Below are positions 17,230 through 24,582 of a DNA stretch of 27,767 nt, piece by piece. The DNA is taken from contig CAZZXB010000022.1 in assembly GCA_964658025.1 (NCBI GenBank), positions 1 through 27,767 of the forward strand, written 5' to 3'. The translations under genes and the position numbers were made by a program. The notes below the pieces were generated by a model, which made no database searches, was not told where the DNA came from, and worked only from the letters and a program-made list of their open reading frames with translations. Each line of letters starts with the position of its first letter. Positions within the stretch are counted from its first letter, which is position 1. The DNA comes from an uncultured Janthinobacterium sp. GTDB taxonomy: Bacteria > Vulcanimicrobiota > Vulcanimicrobiia > Vulcanimicrobiales > Vulcanimicrobiaceae.

Positions 17230-18252
17230 ATGTCGAATGTCGATCAGATGTCGTCTCCCGCCGTAACGTGCGTGATGCCGTTCCTCGACGAAGCGCGCGA
17301 CCTTCCGGCGACGCTCGCCTCGCTCGCCGCGCAGACGCTGTCGCACGATCGCTTCTTCGTTATCGGCGTCGACAACGGCTCGAATGATGGCAGCGATGCA
17401 ATATTTACGTCGTGGCTCGCCACGAGCGGGATTCGCGGACGTCTCGTCCGAGCTCGCGTGCGCTCGATCCCGCACGCGCTCAACGTCGGCATCGCCGCCG
17501 CAGATCCCGCGACGACGATCGTCCGTCTCGACGCGCACACGATCTACGGACCGACCTATCTCGAAACGATCGATCGCTCCTTCGCGGAGCTCCCGGCCGA
17601 CGTCTGGTGCGTCGGCGGCGCGCCGACGCCGCATCTCGGCGTCGTGGGGTACGGCGCGGCGCTCGGCGTCGCGCTCTACTCCAATCCGCTGGGACTGGGA
17701 CCCGCCGACTATCGCGCCCGCGACGCGCGTCCGCGCGACGTCACGACCGTCTACCTCGGCGCCTGGCGACCGGGCGTCCTCGCGCGGCTCGGCGGCTTCG
17801 ACGAACGCTGGCGGGCCAACGAAGACTGCGAGCTGACCGAACGCATCCGCGCGGCGGGCGGCCGCATCGTGCGCGTCCCGGTCGAGGCGGGACGCATCTC
17901 GACGCGCGGACCGCTCGCGACGATCCGGCAATGGTCGCGGTACGGATTCTGGCGCATGCAGACGTTCAAGCGCTATCCGCGAGCCGTCCGCGCGCGTCAC
18001 GTCGCGGCGCCGGTCGCGCTCGTCGGATCGCTCGCGCTCCTGCTCTCGCCGCTGCGCGCGCTCCTACTTCCGCTCTACGCGCTCTACGCGCTCGCCACGA
18101 TCCGTTTCCGGCGTCCGGGCGAGCCCGCGGCCGTGACGGCGGGGACGCTCGCGTTTTTCCCGCTCGTCCACGTCGGCTACGCGGCGGGATTGCTCGTCGG
18201 GCTCGTCCGTTCGCCCGCGGCTTTACGAAAGTCGAACGCGTCCGCGCGATGA
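17230..18252 (+). CDS. GT2 glycosyltransferase, ExoA-like
   Basis: VTCVMPFLDE, VDNGSND, ALNVGI, VRLDAH, GGFDE...NEDCELTERIR, C-terminal TMs. Start is ATG 17230 or 17248. Confidence 0.88.
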   Translation: MSNVDQMSSPAVTCVMPFLDEARDLPATLASLAAQTLSHDRFFVIGVDNGSNDGSDAIFTSWLATSGIRGRLVRARVRSIPHALNVGIAAADPATTIVRLDAHTIYGPTYLETIDRSFAELPADVWCVGGAPTPHLGVVGYGAALGVALYSNPLGLGPADYRARDARPRDVTTVYLGAWRPGVLARLGGFDERWRANEDCELTERIRAAGGRIVRVPVEAGRISTRGPLATIRQWSRYGFWRMQTFKRYPRAVRARHVAAPVALVGSLALLLSPLRALLLPLYALYALATIRFRRPGEPAAVTAGTLAFFPLVHVGYAAGLLVGLVRSPAALRKSNASAR

Positions 18253-18346
18253 CTTCCCGGTCGCGCCGGACGAATTGTAAGGCATGTCACGGTCGGTCGT
18301 TCCGGGGCTCGTGATTCCGCTTCGTCGGCCGATACGAAGTGTGACC

Positions 18347-18721
18347 ATGCTATCGCCGTCACCGTCGTCCGCCGGACCCGTTCCGACCGCGCTCATCGTG
18401 GAGCGCCATCGGCTCATCGTGCCGTTTCTGCGCTCGATTCTCAGCCAGGCGGGATTTCGCTCCGTGAGCGGCCGCGCGACCGCGCCGACGTTGCGACGCG
18501 TCCGTCCCGACGCCGTCGTGCTCTGTTTCGACGGACTCGCGGCGCGACCGCTCGAGACCGTCCGCCGGACCCGCGCGACGATGCCCGCCGCGAGGATCGT
18601 CGTGATCACCCGGACGGACGACCCCGCGTGGAACGCCCTCGCGCGCGCGCTCGGGGCCGATACGATCCTCGGTCCGAGCGCCGACGGCCGCGCCCTCTCC
18701 GACGCCGTGATCGCGCCCTAA
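18347..18721 (+). CDS. Stand-alone pseudo-receiver protein (phosphoacceptor Asp replaced by Cys)
   Basis: ALIVER, PDAVVLCFD, IVVIT, LGADTILGP (conserved Lys lost). Shares VPFLRxxLSxAG with 10501-10872. Confidence 0.72.
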   Translation: MLSPSPSSAGPVPTALIVERHRLIVPFLRSILSQAGFRSVSGRATAPTLRRVRPDAVVLCFDGLAARPLETVRRTRATMPAARIVVITRTDDPAWNALARALGADTILGPSADGRALSDAVIAP

Positions 18722-18870
18722 CGACCCATGCGGGAGCCGAGACGGGGAACCCCCACGCACGCCGAATCACGGTTCGAGAGCGAACGTTACGGTTCGCCCG
18801 TTGGGAGCCGAATCCGGATTTCGTCGTACTTCGTCTATCGTGCGCCGGCTCACGGAGCATCGAGAATACT

Positions 18871-19503
18871 TTGCCGAACGCACCACGCTTAGCGATCATC
18901 GAATCCCAAGTGCTCTTCGCGAAGGCCCTTTCGGGCATCTTCGCCGAGGACGGCGCCTTCGAGATCGTCGGCGATTACCGCGCGGCCGACGCGACGCTTC
19001 TCGCGGGCCTACGGCCCGAACTCGTCGTCGTCGATCTCGACGGCCAGCCTTCCGACGTCTCGCTATCGATCGGCGTGTGCAGTCAGGCGCTCCCGGCGGC
19101 GCGCATCTGCGTGCTCTCGATGCACCTCGCGCCCGAGATGATGCAGCGCTGTCTCTCGAGCGGCGCGGAAGCCTACATCGTGAAGGACATCTCGCCCGCC
19201 GAACTCGTGCGCGCGGTGAAGACCGTCGCGGGCGGTCAGTCGTACGTCGACCCGCGCGTGGCCGGCGGTCTGCTCCGTCGCCGCAGCCAACAAAACGGCA
19301 AGCCCGACATCATGGAACTCTCGGCGCGCGAGGCCGAAGTGCTCAAGCTCATCGCCGAGGGTCTCGCCAACAAGCAGATCAGCGCGCGGCTCCACTTGAG
19401 CGAGAAAACCGTGAAGAATCACGTCTCGCGCATCTTCTCCAAACTCAACATCTCGGCGCGCACGCAGGCCGCGGTGCACGCGATCCGCGCCGGAATCGTG
19501 TAA
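18871..19503 (+). CDS. NarL/LuxR-family response regulator with atypical receiver
   Basis: REC domain (AIIES, VVVD, VLS, IVKD) plus HTH LSAREAEVLKLIAEGLANKQISARLHLSEKTVKNHVSRIFSKL. TTG start inferred from the domain boundary. Confidence 0.93.
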   Translation: MPNAPRLAIIESQVLFAKALSGIFAEDGAFEIVGDYRAADATLLAGLRPELVVVDLDGQPSDVSLSIGVCSQALPAARICVLSMHLAPEMMQRCLSSGAEAYIVKDISPAELVRAVKTVAGGQSYVDPRVAGGLLRRRSQQNGKPDIMELSAREAEVLKLIAEGLANKQISARLHLSEKTVKNHVSRIFSKLNISARTQAAVHAIRAGIV

Positions 19504-19551
19504 CGCGCGGATGCTACGATTGGCGCTAGCGCGAGCTCGCTTCGGACGTCA

Positions 19552-19627
19552 TGGTGGAGGCAAGGAGACTCGAACTCCTGACCCTCACGCTGCCAGCGTG
19601 ATGCTCTACCAACTGAGCTATGCCCCC
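19552..19627 (-). tRNA. tRNA-Ala(GGC)
   Basis: Minus strand: acceptor stem GGGGGCA/TGCCTCC with G3:U70, anticodon arm TCACG-CT-GGC-AG-CGTGA, T-loop TTCGAGT, encoded CCA, 76 nt. Confidence 0.96.
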
Positions 19628-19695
19628 GGGTCCCGTAGCCGAGCCTTCGTTCGCAGCGACGAGCACGGCTCCCCTCTTTGTCCCACTCGAGGTCT

Positions 19696-21063
19696 ATGAA
19701 CGTTCGCGCGGTCGAATCCCACGACGTACCCGGCACGGCGACGACGTCGCGCGAATTCGCCGTGATCGGCGGAGGCATGCTCGGTCTCACGACGGCGCTC
19801 CGACTCGCGGAGCGCGGCGAGACGGTCACCGTCTTCGAAGGCGCGGACGGCTTCGGCGGACTCGCCGACGCATGGCGGCTCGGCGACGTGACGTGGGATC
19901 GGCACTACCACGTGACGCTGTACTCCGACCGGCTCGTGCGCGAACTCCTCGCCGATCTCGGACTCGAAGACGATATGCGCTGGACGTCGGTCGGCACGGG
20001 CTTCTACTCCGGCGGCCGTTTCCACCCGATGAACAACGCGCTCGATTTCTTGCGCTTCCCGCCGCTCGGTCTCATCGACAAATTGCGCCTGGGGATTACG
20101 ATCTTTAGCGGGTCGCGCATCTCCGATCCGATGCCGCTCGAAAATATCTCGGTCGAGCGCTGGCTCACGGAGCGATCGGGATCGAAGACGTTCGAGACGA
20201 TCTGGCGCCCGCTCTTGCTCGCGAAACTCGGCGATCGCTATCGCGACGCGTCGGCCGCGTTCATCTGGGCGATCATCGTCCGACTCTACGCGGCCAGACG
20301 CGCCGGCCTCGGTTCGGAACGCTTCGGCTACCTGCCGGGCGGCTACGCGCGCATCCTGGACGTGTTGCTCGCGCGACTCCGCTCGCTCGGCGTCGAACTC
20401 GTCTCCGGCGCCCGCGTCTCCGCGGTCTCCGCGATCGGCGAGAACGTCCGCGTCGCGTTCGAGGACGGCTCGGCCCGGACGTTCGCGAACGCCGTCGTCA
20501 CGGTCGCCGCGCCCGTCGCCGCGACGATGATTCCGGATCTGCAACACGACGAACGCGATCGGCTCGCGTCGAAGATCTACGGCGGGATCGTCTGCGCGTC
20601 GGCGTTACTCGATCGACCGCTCGGACCGTATTACGTCTCGAACCTCACGGACTCGTGGGTTCCCTTCTCCGCCGTCATCGATATGGCGAACGTCGTCGAT
20701 CGCCGCGCGTGGGACGGTCGCGCGCTCGTGTACCTACCGAAATATCTCCGCCCCGACGATCCGCTCTTCGAATGTCGCGACGACGAGATCCAAGAGTCGT
20801 TCGTCTCCGCGCTCGAACGGATGTATCCCGATTTCACGCGCGACCGCATCCGCGCGTTCCGCATCTCGCGCGTGCGCCACGTCTTCCCGATCGCGACGCT
20901 CGGGTATTCGAAACGGATCCCGCCGATCGCGACGAGCGTGCCGGGCGTCTTCGTCCTCAACTCGACCCACATCGTCAACGGGACGCTCAACGTCAACGAG
21001 ACGATCGGCCTGGTCGAACGCGGGCTCGCCGCGATCGACGCCGTCTCCGCGAGCCGCCGTTGA
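19696..21063 (+). CDS. FAD-dependent oxidoreductase (amine oxidase/protoporphyrinogen oxidase-like fold), substrate unknown
   Basis: Rossmann AVIGGGMLGL...VTVFE...FGGL, WDRHYH and GYLPGG motifs. GAGG RBS before ATG 19696. Confidence 0.88.
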   Translation: MNVRAVESHDVPGTATTSREFAVIGGGMLGLTTALRLAERGETVTVFEGADGFGGLADAWRLGDVTWDRHYHVTLYSDRLVRELLADLGLEDDMRWTSVGTGFYSGGRFHPMNNALDFLRFPPLGLIDKLRLGITIFSGSRISDPMPLENISVERWLTERSGSKTFETIWRPLLLAKLGDRYRDASAAFIWAIIVRLYAARRAGLGSERFGYLPGGYARILDVLLARLRSLGVELVSGARVSAVSAIGENVRVAFEDGSARTFANAVVTVAAPVAATMIPDLQHDERDRLASKIYGGIVCASALLDRPLGPYYVSNLTDSWVPFSAVIDMANVVDRRAWDGRALVYLPKYLRPDDPLFECRDDEIQESFVSALERMYPDFTRDRIRAFRISRVRHVFPIATLGYSKRIPPIATSVPGVFVLNSTHIVNGTLNVNETIGLVERGLAAIDAVSASRR

Positions 21064-22025
21064 AACCGCTCGCGAGCCTCTCGCTCGATCTCGACAACGA
21101 GTGGGCGTACATCAAGACGCACGGCGATCCCGCATGGCAATCGTTCCCGTCCTATCTCGATCTCGTCGTCCCGCGCTTTCTCGACGTGCTCGGCTCGCTC
21201 GACCAACGCGTCACCGTCTTCGTCGTCGGTCAAGATGCGGCGCTCGCGAAGAACGGCGAGGCCCTCCTCCGGATTCCGGCGGCCGGACACGAGATCGGCA
21301 ACCACTCGTTCCATCACGAACCGTGGCTCCACACGAAGCCGCACGACGAGCAGAACGACGAGATCGTCGCCGCGACCGAGGCGATCGAAGCGGCGACGGG
21401 CGTCCGTCCGGTCGGCTTTCGCGGTCCGGGCTTCAGCCTCTCGCGCGCGACGCTCGACGTCCTCGCCGACGCCGGCTACGACTACGACTGCTCGACCTTC
21501 CCGACGTACGTCGGTCCGCTCGCGCGCGCGTATTATTTCATGACCGCGAAATTGACGGCCGAAGAACGCGAACAACGCAAGGCGCTCTTCGGCGGCGTCT
21601 CCGAAGGTCTCAGACCGCTCAATTCGTATCGCTGGGATCTCGGCGCGCGCAGCCTGCTCGAGATCCCCGTGACGACGTTCCCGGTCGTCAAGGTGCCGAT
21701 CCACTTCAGTTACGTGCTCTACCTCGCCACGTATTCGCCGTGGCTCGCGCTCGCGTATTTTCGCGCCGCGTTACTCGCGTGCCGCGCGCTCGGGGTCGCG
21801 CCGTCGCTCCTACTGCATCCGCTCGATTTTCTCGACGGCACCGACGTTTCGACGCTCGCGTTCTTTCCGGCGATGAACTTCCCGAAGCAAAAAAAACTCG
21901 AGACGCTCTCGCGCGCGCTCGCGATCTACCGCGAGCTCTTCGACGTCGTCCCGGTCGGCGTTCACGCCGCGGCGATCGAACGCTCGGGACGCGCGCGTCC
22001 CGTCGCGCCCGTCTTCGGAGCGTAA
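21060..22025 (+). CDS. Polysaccharide deacetylase (CE4/NodB-like)
   Basis: SLSLDLD, TVFVVG, GHEIGNHSFHH, GFRGPGF, YDCS, LLEIPVT, LLHPLD. The TTG overlaps the upstream TGA (TTGA). Confidence 0.9.
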   Translation: MKPLASLSLDLDNEWAYIKTHGDPAWQSFPSYLDLVVPRFLDVLGSLDQRVTVFVVGQDAALAKNGEALLRIPAAGHEIGNHSFHHEPWLHTKPHDEQNDEIVAATEAIEAATGVRPVGFRGPGFSLSRATLDVLADAGYDYDCSTFPTYVGPLARAYYFMTAKLTAEEREQRKALFGGVSEGLRPLNSYRWDLGARSLLEIPVTTFPVVKVPIHFSYVLYLATYSPWLALAYFRAALLACRALGVAPSLLLHPLDFLDGTDVSTLAFFPAMNFPKQKKLETLSRALAIYRELFDVVPVGVHAAAIERSGRARPVAPVFGA

Positions 22026-22077
22026 CGCCGCTCGCGCCATGCGCCCGCTCGCGATTCGCGCGAACGCGCCGCGGGCG

Positions 22078-22497
22078 TCACGCGCGCGAGGACCGGCGGC
22101 GCTCCTCGCGTCGCACGCACGACGGATCGGTGTAGCAGCCCGTCCGGATCGCACGCCGCAGACCGATCGCGAGCGCGCGCTCCGACGACGTACGCGAGAG
22201 CACGCCGTTCGCGCCCGCGAGATGACACGCACGCGTCCACGCGTCGCCGACGCGATCCGTGTAGATCGCGACGACGCACTCCGCGAGCACGAAACGCATC
22301 TGACGCAAGCGTTCGAGCGGATCCCGCTCGAGCGCGTCGACGTCGCAGATCAAAAGCCCCGGCTCCATGCGCCCGAGTTCGGCGACGCTCACGCGCGCGA
22401 CGACGAAGGGGACGGGTTCGCCGATCTCGTCGAGGACGCCGCGGAACATCGCGACGTCCGCTTCACGCATCCCGGCCAAACAGCTCGAGCGGCTCAC
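22078..22497 (-). CDS. Stand-alone degenerate, Cys-rich receiver domain protein
   Basis: PGLLICDVD, VAIYT, AGANGVLSR (Lys to Arg), ending in GCYTDP like the NarL-type linker (GQSYVDP, GEYYADP in the neighbours). No acidic residues at the end of beta1. Confidence 0.72.
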   Translation of the reverse strand: MSRSSCLAGMREADVAMFRGVLDEIGEPVPFVVARVSVAELGRMEPGLLICDVDALERDPLERLRQMRFVLAECVVAIYTDRVGDAWTRACHLAGANGVLSRTSSERALAIGLRRAIRTGCYTDPSCVRREERRRSSRA

Positions 22498-22619
22498 GCC
22501 GTAACGCTTTCCGATCGCTCGTTCCCGGGCCGCACCCGGAAGTTCGATCCCGTCCAGCCTATCGCGATCGGCCGGTCGCGCCTACCCGGGAAACGCGCGA
22601 TACGCCCGCCGGACGGGCG

Positions 22620-23696
22620 TCAGCGCGCGTTCGACTCCCAACCGAGCACGCGCGCGATGAGCTCGCTCCGGTTCCGGCTCTCGGTCTTGTCGAGCATGCT
22701 TTTGATATGGTCCTGAACCGTCGACGACGTGATGTGCAGGTGCGTACCGATCTGCGCGAGCCGTTCGCCGTCGAGCATCAGCGCGAGCACCTGAACCTCG
22801 CGCGGCGAGATGCGATAACGCTCGGCCGGGGCGACGAGCGAGTTGCGCGGCACGAAACGGTCGACTCGCACGCCGACGTACGGCCCGTCCGCGCCGAGGA
22901 TCGGATGCGCCCGCACGACGAGAAAATCGAACGGGCGCAGTGCCGTCGCGCCACCCGGATCGCGCCCCCATCCGGCGACGAGTTCGCGGACGCTACGTTC
23001 GAGCATCTCGGGAAGACGCTCCGAGCCGCGAGCCGCCGCCGCGCCGCTCGGACTCGCGCTCGGTTCGATCGCGCTCCAGGCCATGACGATGCGTAACGAT
23101 TCGTCGAGCACGTAGAACGCCGAATCGGAAGCGTCCGGGAAGACCTTCGATTCGATCGCCTTCGTCGCGGAAGCGCGCGGCCGCGACGGCTGCAGCCGGA
23201 ACGTCGAAAGCCGTTCGGATGCGTCGTCGAGCGCGAACGTGAGCAACCGGATCTCGCTGGACGTAAACGCGCGAGCGTCTTCGGTCCGCGCGAGCACGAG
23301 GATGCCGAAATTCGTGCTCGCATCGGCGAACAGTAACGTGATCCCGTTCGCGCGCGACGGAAGCGGCTGCATCGTCGCCGCGATGCGGGATCCGCTCGAC
23401 GATTTGGATCGCTGACGGCGGAATTCGTCGAGGACGTCGGCGATCGGGAGGGCGCCCTCACGAGAACCCGACGTCGACCGTACGTCGCCGTTCTGCTCGA
23501 CGTTCGCATACGTCCAGCTCGACCACGGCACGACGCGCAAGATATCGGAGACGAGCGCGTCGGAGAGCTCCGTCCGTCGGCTCGCGTCGGCGCGCGAGGT
23601 CGGAGACGACGCGACGGCGCTTGCGCGATCGCGCTCGAACGCCGTCTCGGACGGTCCGCGATTTCCGTCTCGTACCACGTGTGCCTCGACTTCCAT
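22620..23696 (-). CDS. LuxR-type HTH transcriptional regulator with N-terminal GAF/PAS-like region
   Basis: C-terminal ISPREVQVLALMLDGERLAQIGTHLHITSSTVQDHIKSMLDKT...RSEL; GAF-like end FGILVLAR...FTSSEIRLL; PAS-like FYVLDESLRIV. Start uncertain. Confidence 0.85.
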   Translation of the reverse strand: MEVEAHVVRDGNRGPSETAFERDRASAVASSPTSRADASRRTELSDALVSDILRVVPWSSWTYANVEQNGDVRSTSGSREGALPIADVLDEFRRQRSKSSSGSRIAATMQPLPSRANGITLLFADASTNFGILVLARTEDARAFTSSEIRLLTFALDDASERLSTFRLQPSRPRASATKAIESKVFPDASDSAFYVLDESLRIVMAWSAIEPSASPSGAAAARGSERLPEMLERSVRELVAGWGRDPGGATALRPFDFLVVRAHPILGADGPYVGVRVDRFVPRNSLVAPAERYRISPREVQVLALMLDGERLAQIGTHLHITSSTVQDHIKSMLDKTESRNRSELIARVLGWESNAR

Positions 23697-23812
23697 CGGT
23701 TCGGTTCACGACCGACACGGAATCACCCGCCGTCGCGATCGCGCGAGCCGCGAACGACTCCGGCGCGACATCATCCCCACGTTCACCGATACGGACGCCG
23801 CAGCGGCCGAGA

Positions 23813-23818
23813 TAGAAT
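23813..23818 (+). promoter_or_regulatory. Candidate -10 box (TAGAAT) for the oxidase operon
   Basis: Near-consensus hexamer in a GC-rich divergent intergenic region; no convincing -35. Confidence 0.4.
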
Positions 23819-23916
23819 GATTCCGACGCCGTGCTTCGCCGCCGTTCGCTCGCCGACCGCGAGCGACGGCGACGTCGCACCGAAGCATCGAACACGATCT
23901 CGGGCGAGGTGAGGGA

Positions 23917-24474
23917 ATGTCGGGAGCGGGAGCGCAACGAGCGCGCGTTTCGCGGACGGCGCGACCGGCGGCGACCACGTCGATCGTCCTCGAGGCGGTC
24001 GCGGATTGCCCGTTCTCGTTCGCGATCGAAGAGGCGCGGTTCATCTTGGCGAACTTCGGAGCGTCGAAGTGGGACGCGCGTTTTTCGTTCCGTCGGTTGG
24101 GTCTACCGTTCGCCGGCGGGATGTCGCATCGCGTGACGACGCGCTTCTTGCGACGACCCGATCCGAGCGAACTCGGGCGCGCGCACGACGAGTACGCGTT
24201 CGGTTGGGAGGCGAAGTCCCGCTTTTTTCCCGATCTCGAAGGCGCGATACGCTTTCGCATCCGCGGCTTGCAGACGACGATCCGGCTTCACGGCGAATAC
24301 GTTCCGCCGCTCGGACGGATGGGTTCGCTCTTCGACCGCGCGATCGGTCGCCGCATCGCGCGCGCGACGTCGCGGGACGTGCTCGAACGCCTCGCGGACG
24401 GACTCGTCGCGCGCTGGGCGTTTCGCACGTCCGCATCGACCGATGCGTCGCTCGCCAAAGCGGACGTCTCCTAG
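23917..24474 (+). CDS. Hypothetical protein, probably SRPBCC/START-like fold
   Basis: FPDLEG...LHGEYVPPLGRMGSLFD...RIARAT pattern with a long C-terminal helix. Purine-rich GAGGTGAGGG upstream; the stop abuts the next ATG. Confidence 0.65.
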   Translation: MSGAGAQRARVSRTARPAATTSIVLEAVADCPFSFAIEEARFILANFGASKWDARFSFRRLGLPFAGGMSHRVTTRFLRRPDPSELGRAHDEYAFGWEAKSRFFPDLEGAIRFRIRGLQTTIRLHGEYVPPLGRMGSLFDRAIGRRIARATSRDVLERLADGLVARWAFRTSASTDASLAKADVS

Positions 24475-24579
24475 ATGGACGCGATGCCCAAGGGCGCGGT
24501 CCTCGTCGTCTCGATCCTCGGGATCGCGATCGTCGCCGTCTTCGCCTCGATCTTCGCGCTCGTGCTCGTGCGAGGCTGA
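24475..24579 (+). CDS. cbaD: ba3-type cytochrome c oxidase subunit IIa (34 aa; absent from the ORF track)
   Basis: MDAMPKGAVLVVSILGIAIVAVFASIFALVLVRG: one TM with the PKGA...RG signature of subunit IIa, directly before subunit II. Confidence 0.9.
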   Translation: MDAMPKGAVLVVSILGIAIVAVFASIFALVLVRG

Positions 24580-24582
24580 GCG

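Noticed and set aside
17170..18000. Apparent 642-aa GT4 with a long N-terminal domain (and the reciprocal extension 16744-17229)
   Set aside because: Each extension is the antisense of the divergent neighbouring GT; the real domains begin at 17169 and about 17230.
18763..18776. CGAAT-CACG-GTTCG as a Gram-positive-type LexA box
   Set aside because: It has a mismatch in the core GAAC and a non-matching spacer, and neighbouring copies have 5-6 nt spacers; no SOS context.
19696..21063. Calling the flavoprotein hemY or crtI
   Set aside because: Only the fold-level FAD motif is evident, and coupling to a deacetylase points to glycan metabolism.
22039..22716. 225-aa plus-strand ORF
   Set aside because: Antisense to the receiver-like gene and the end of the LuxR gene, both of which carry recognisable motifs.
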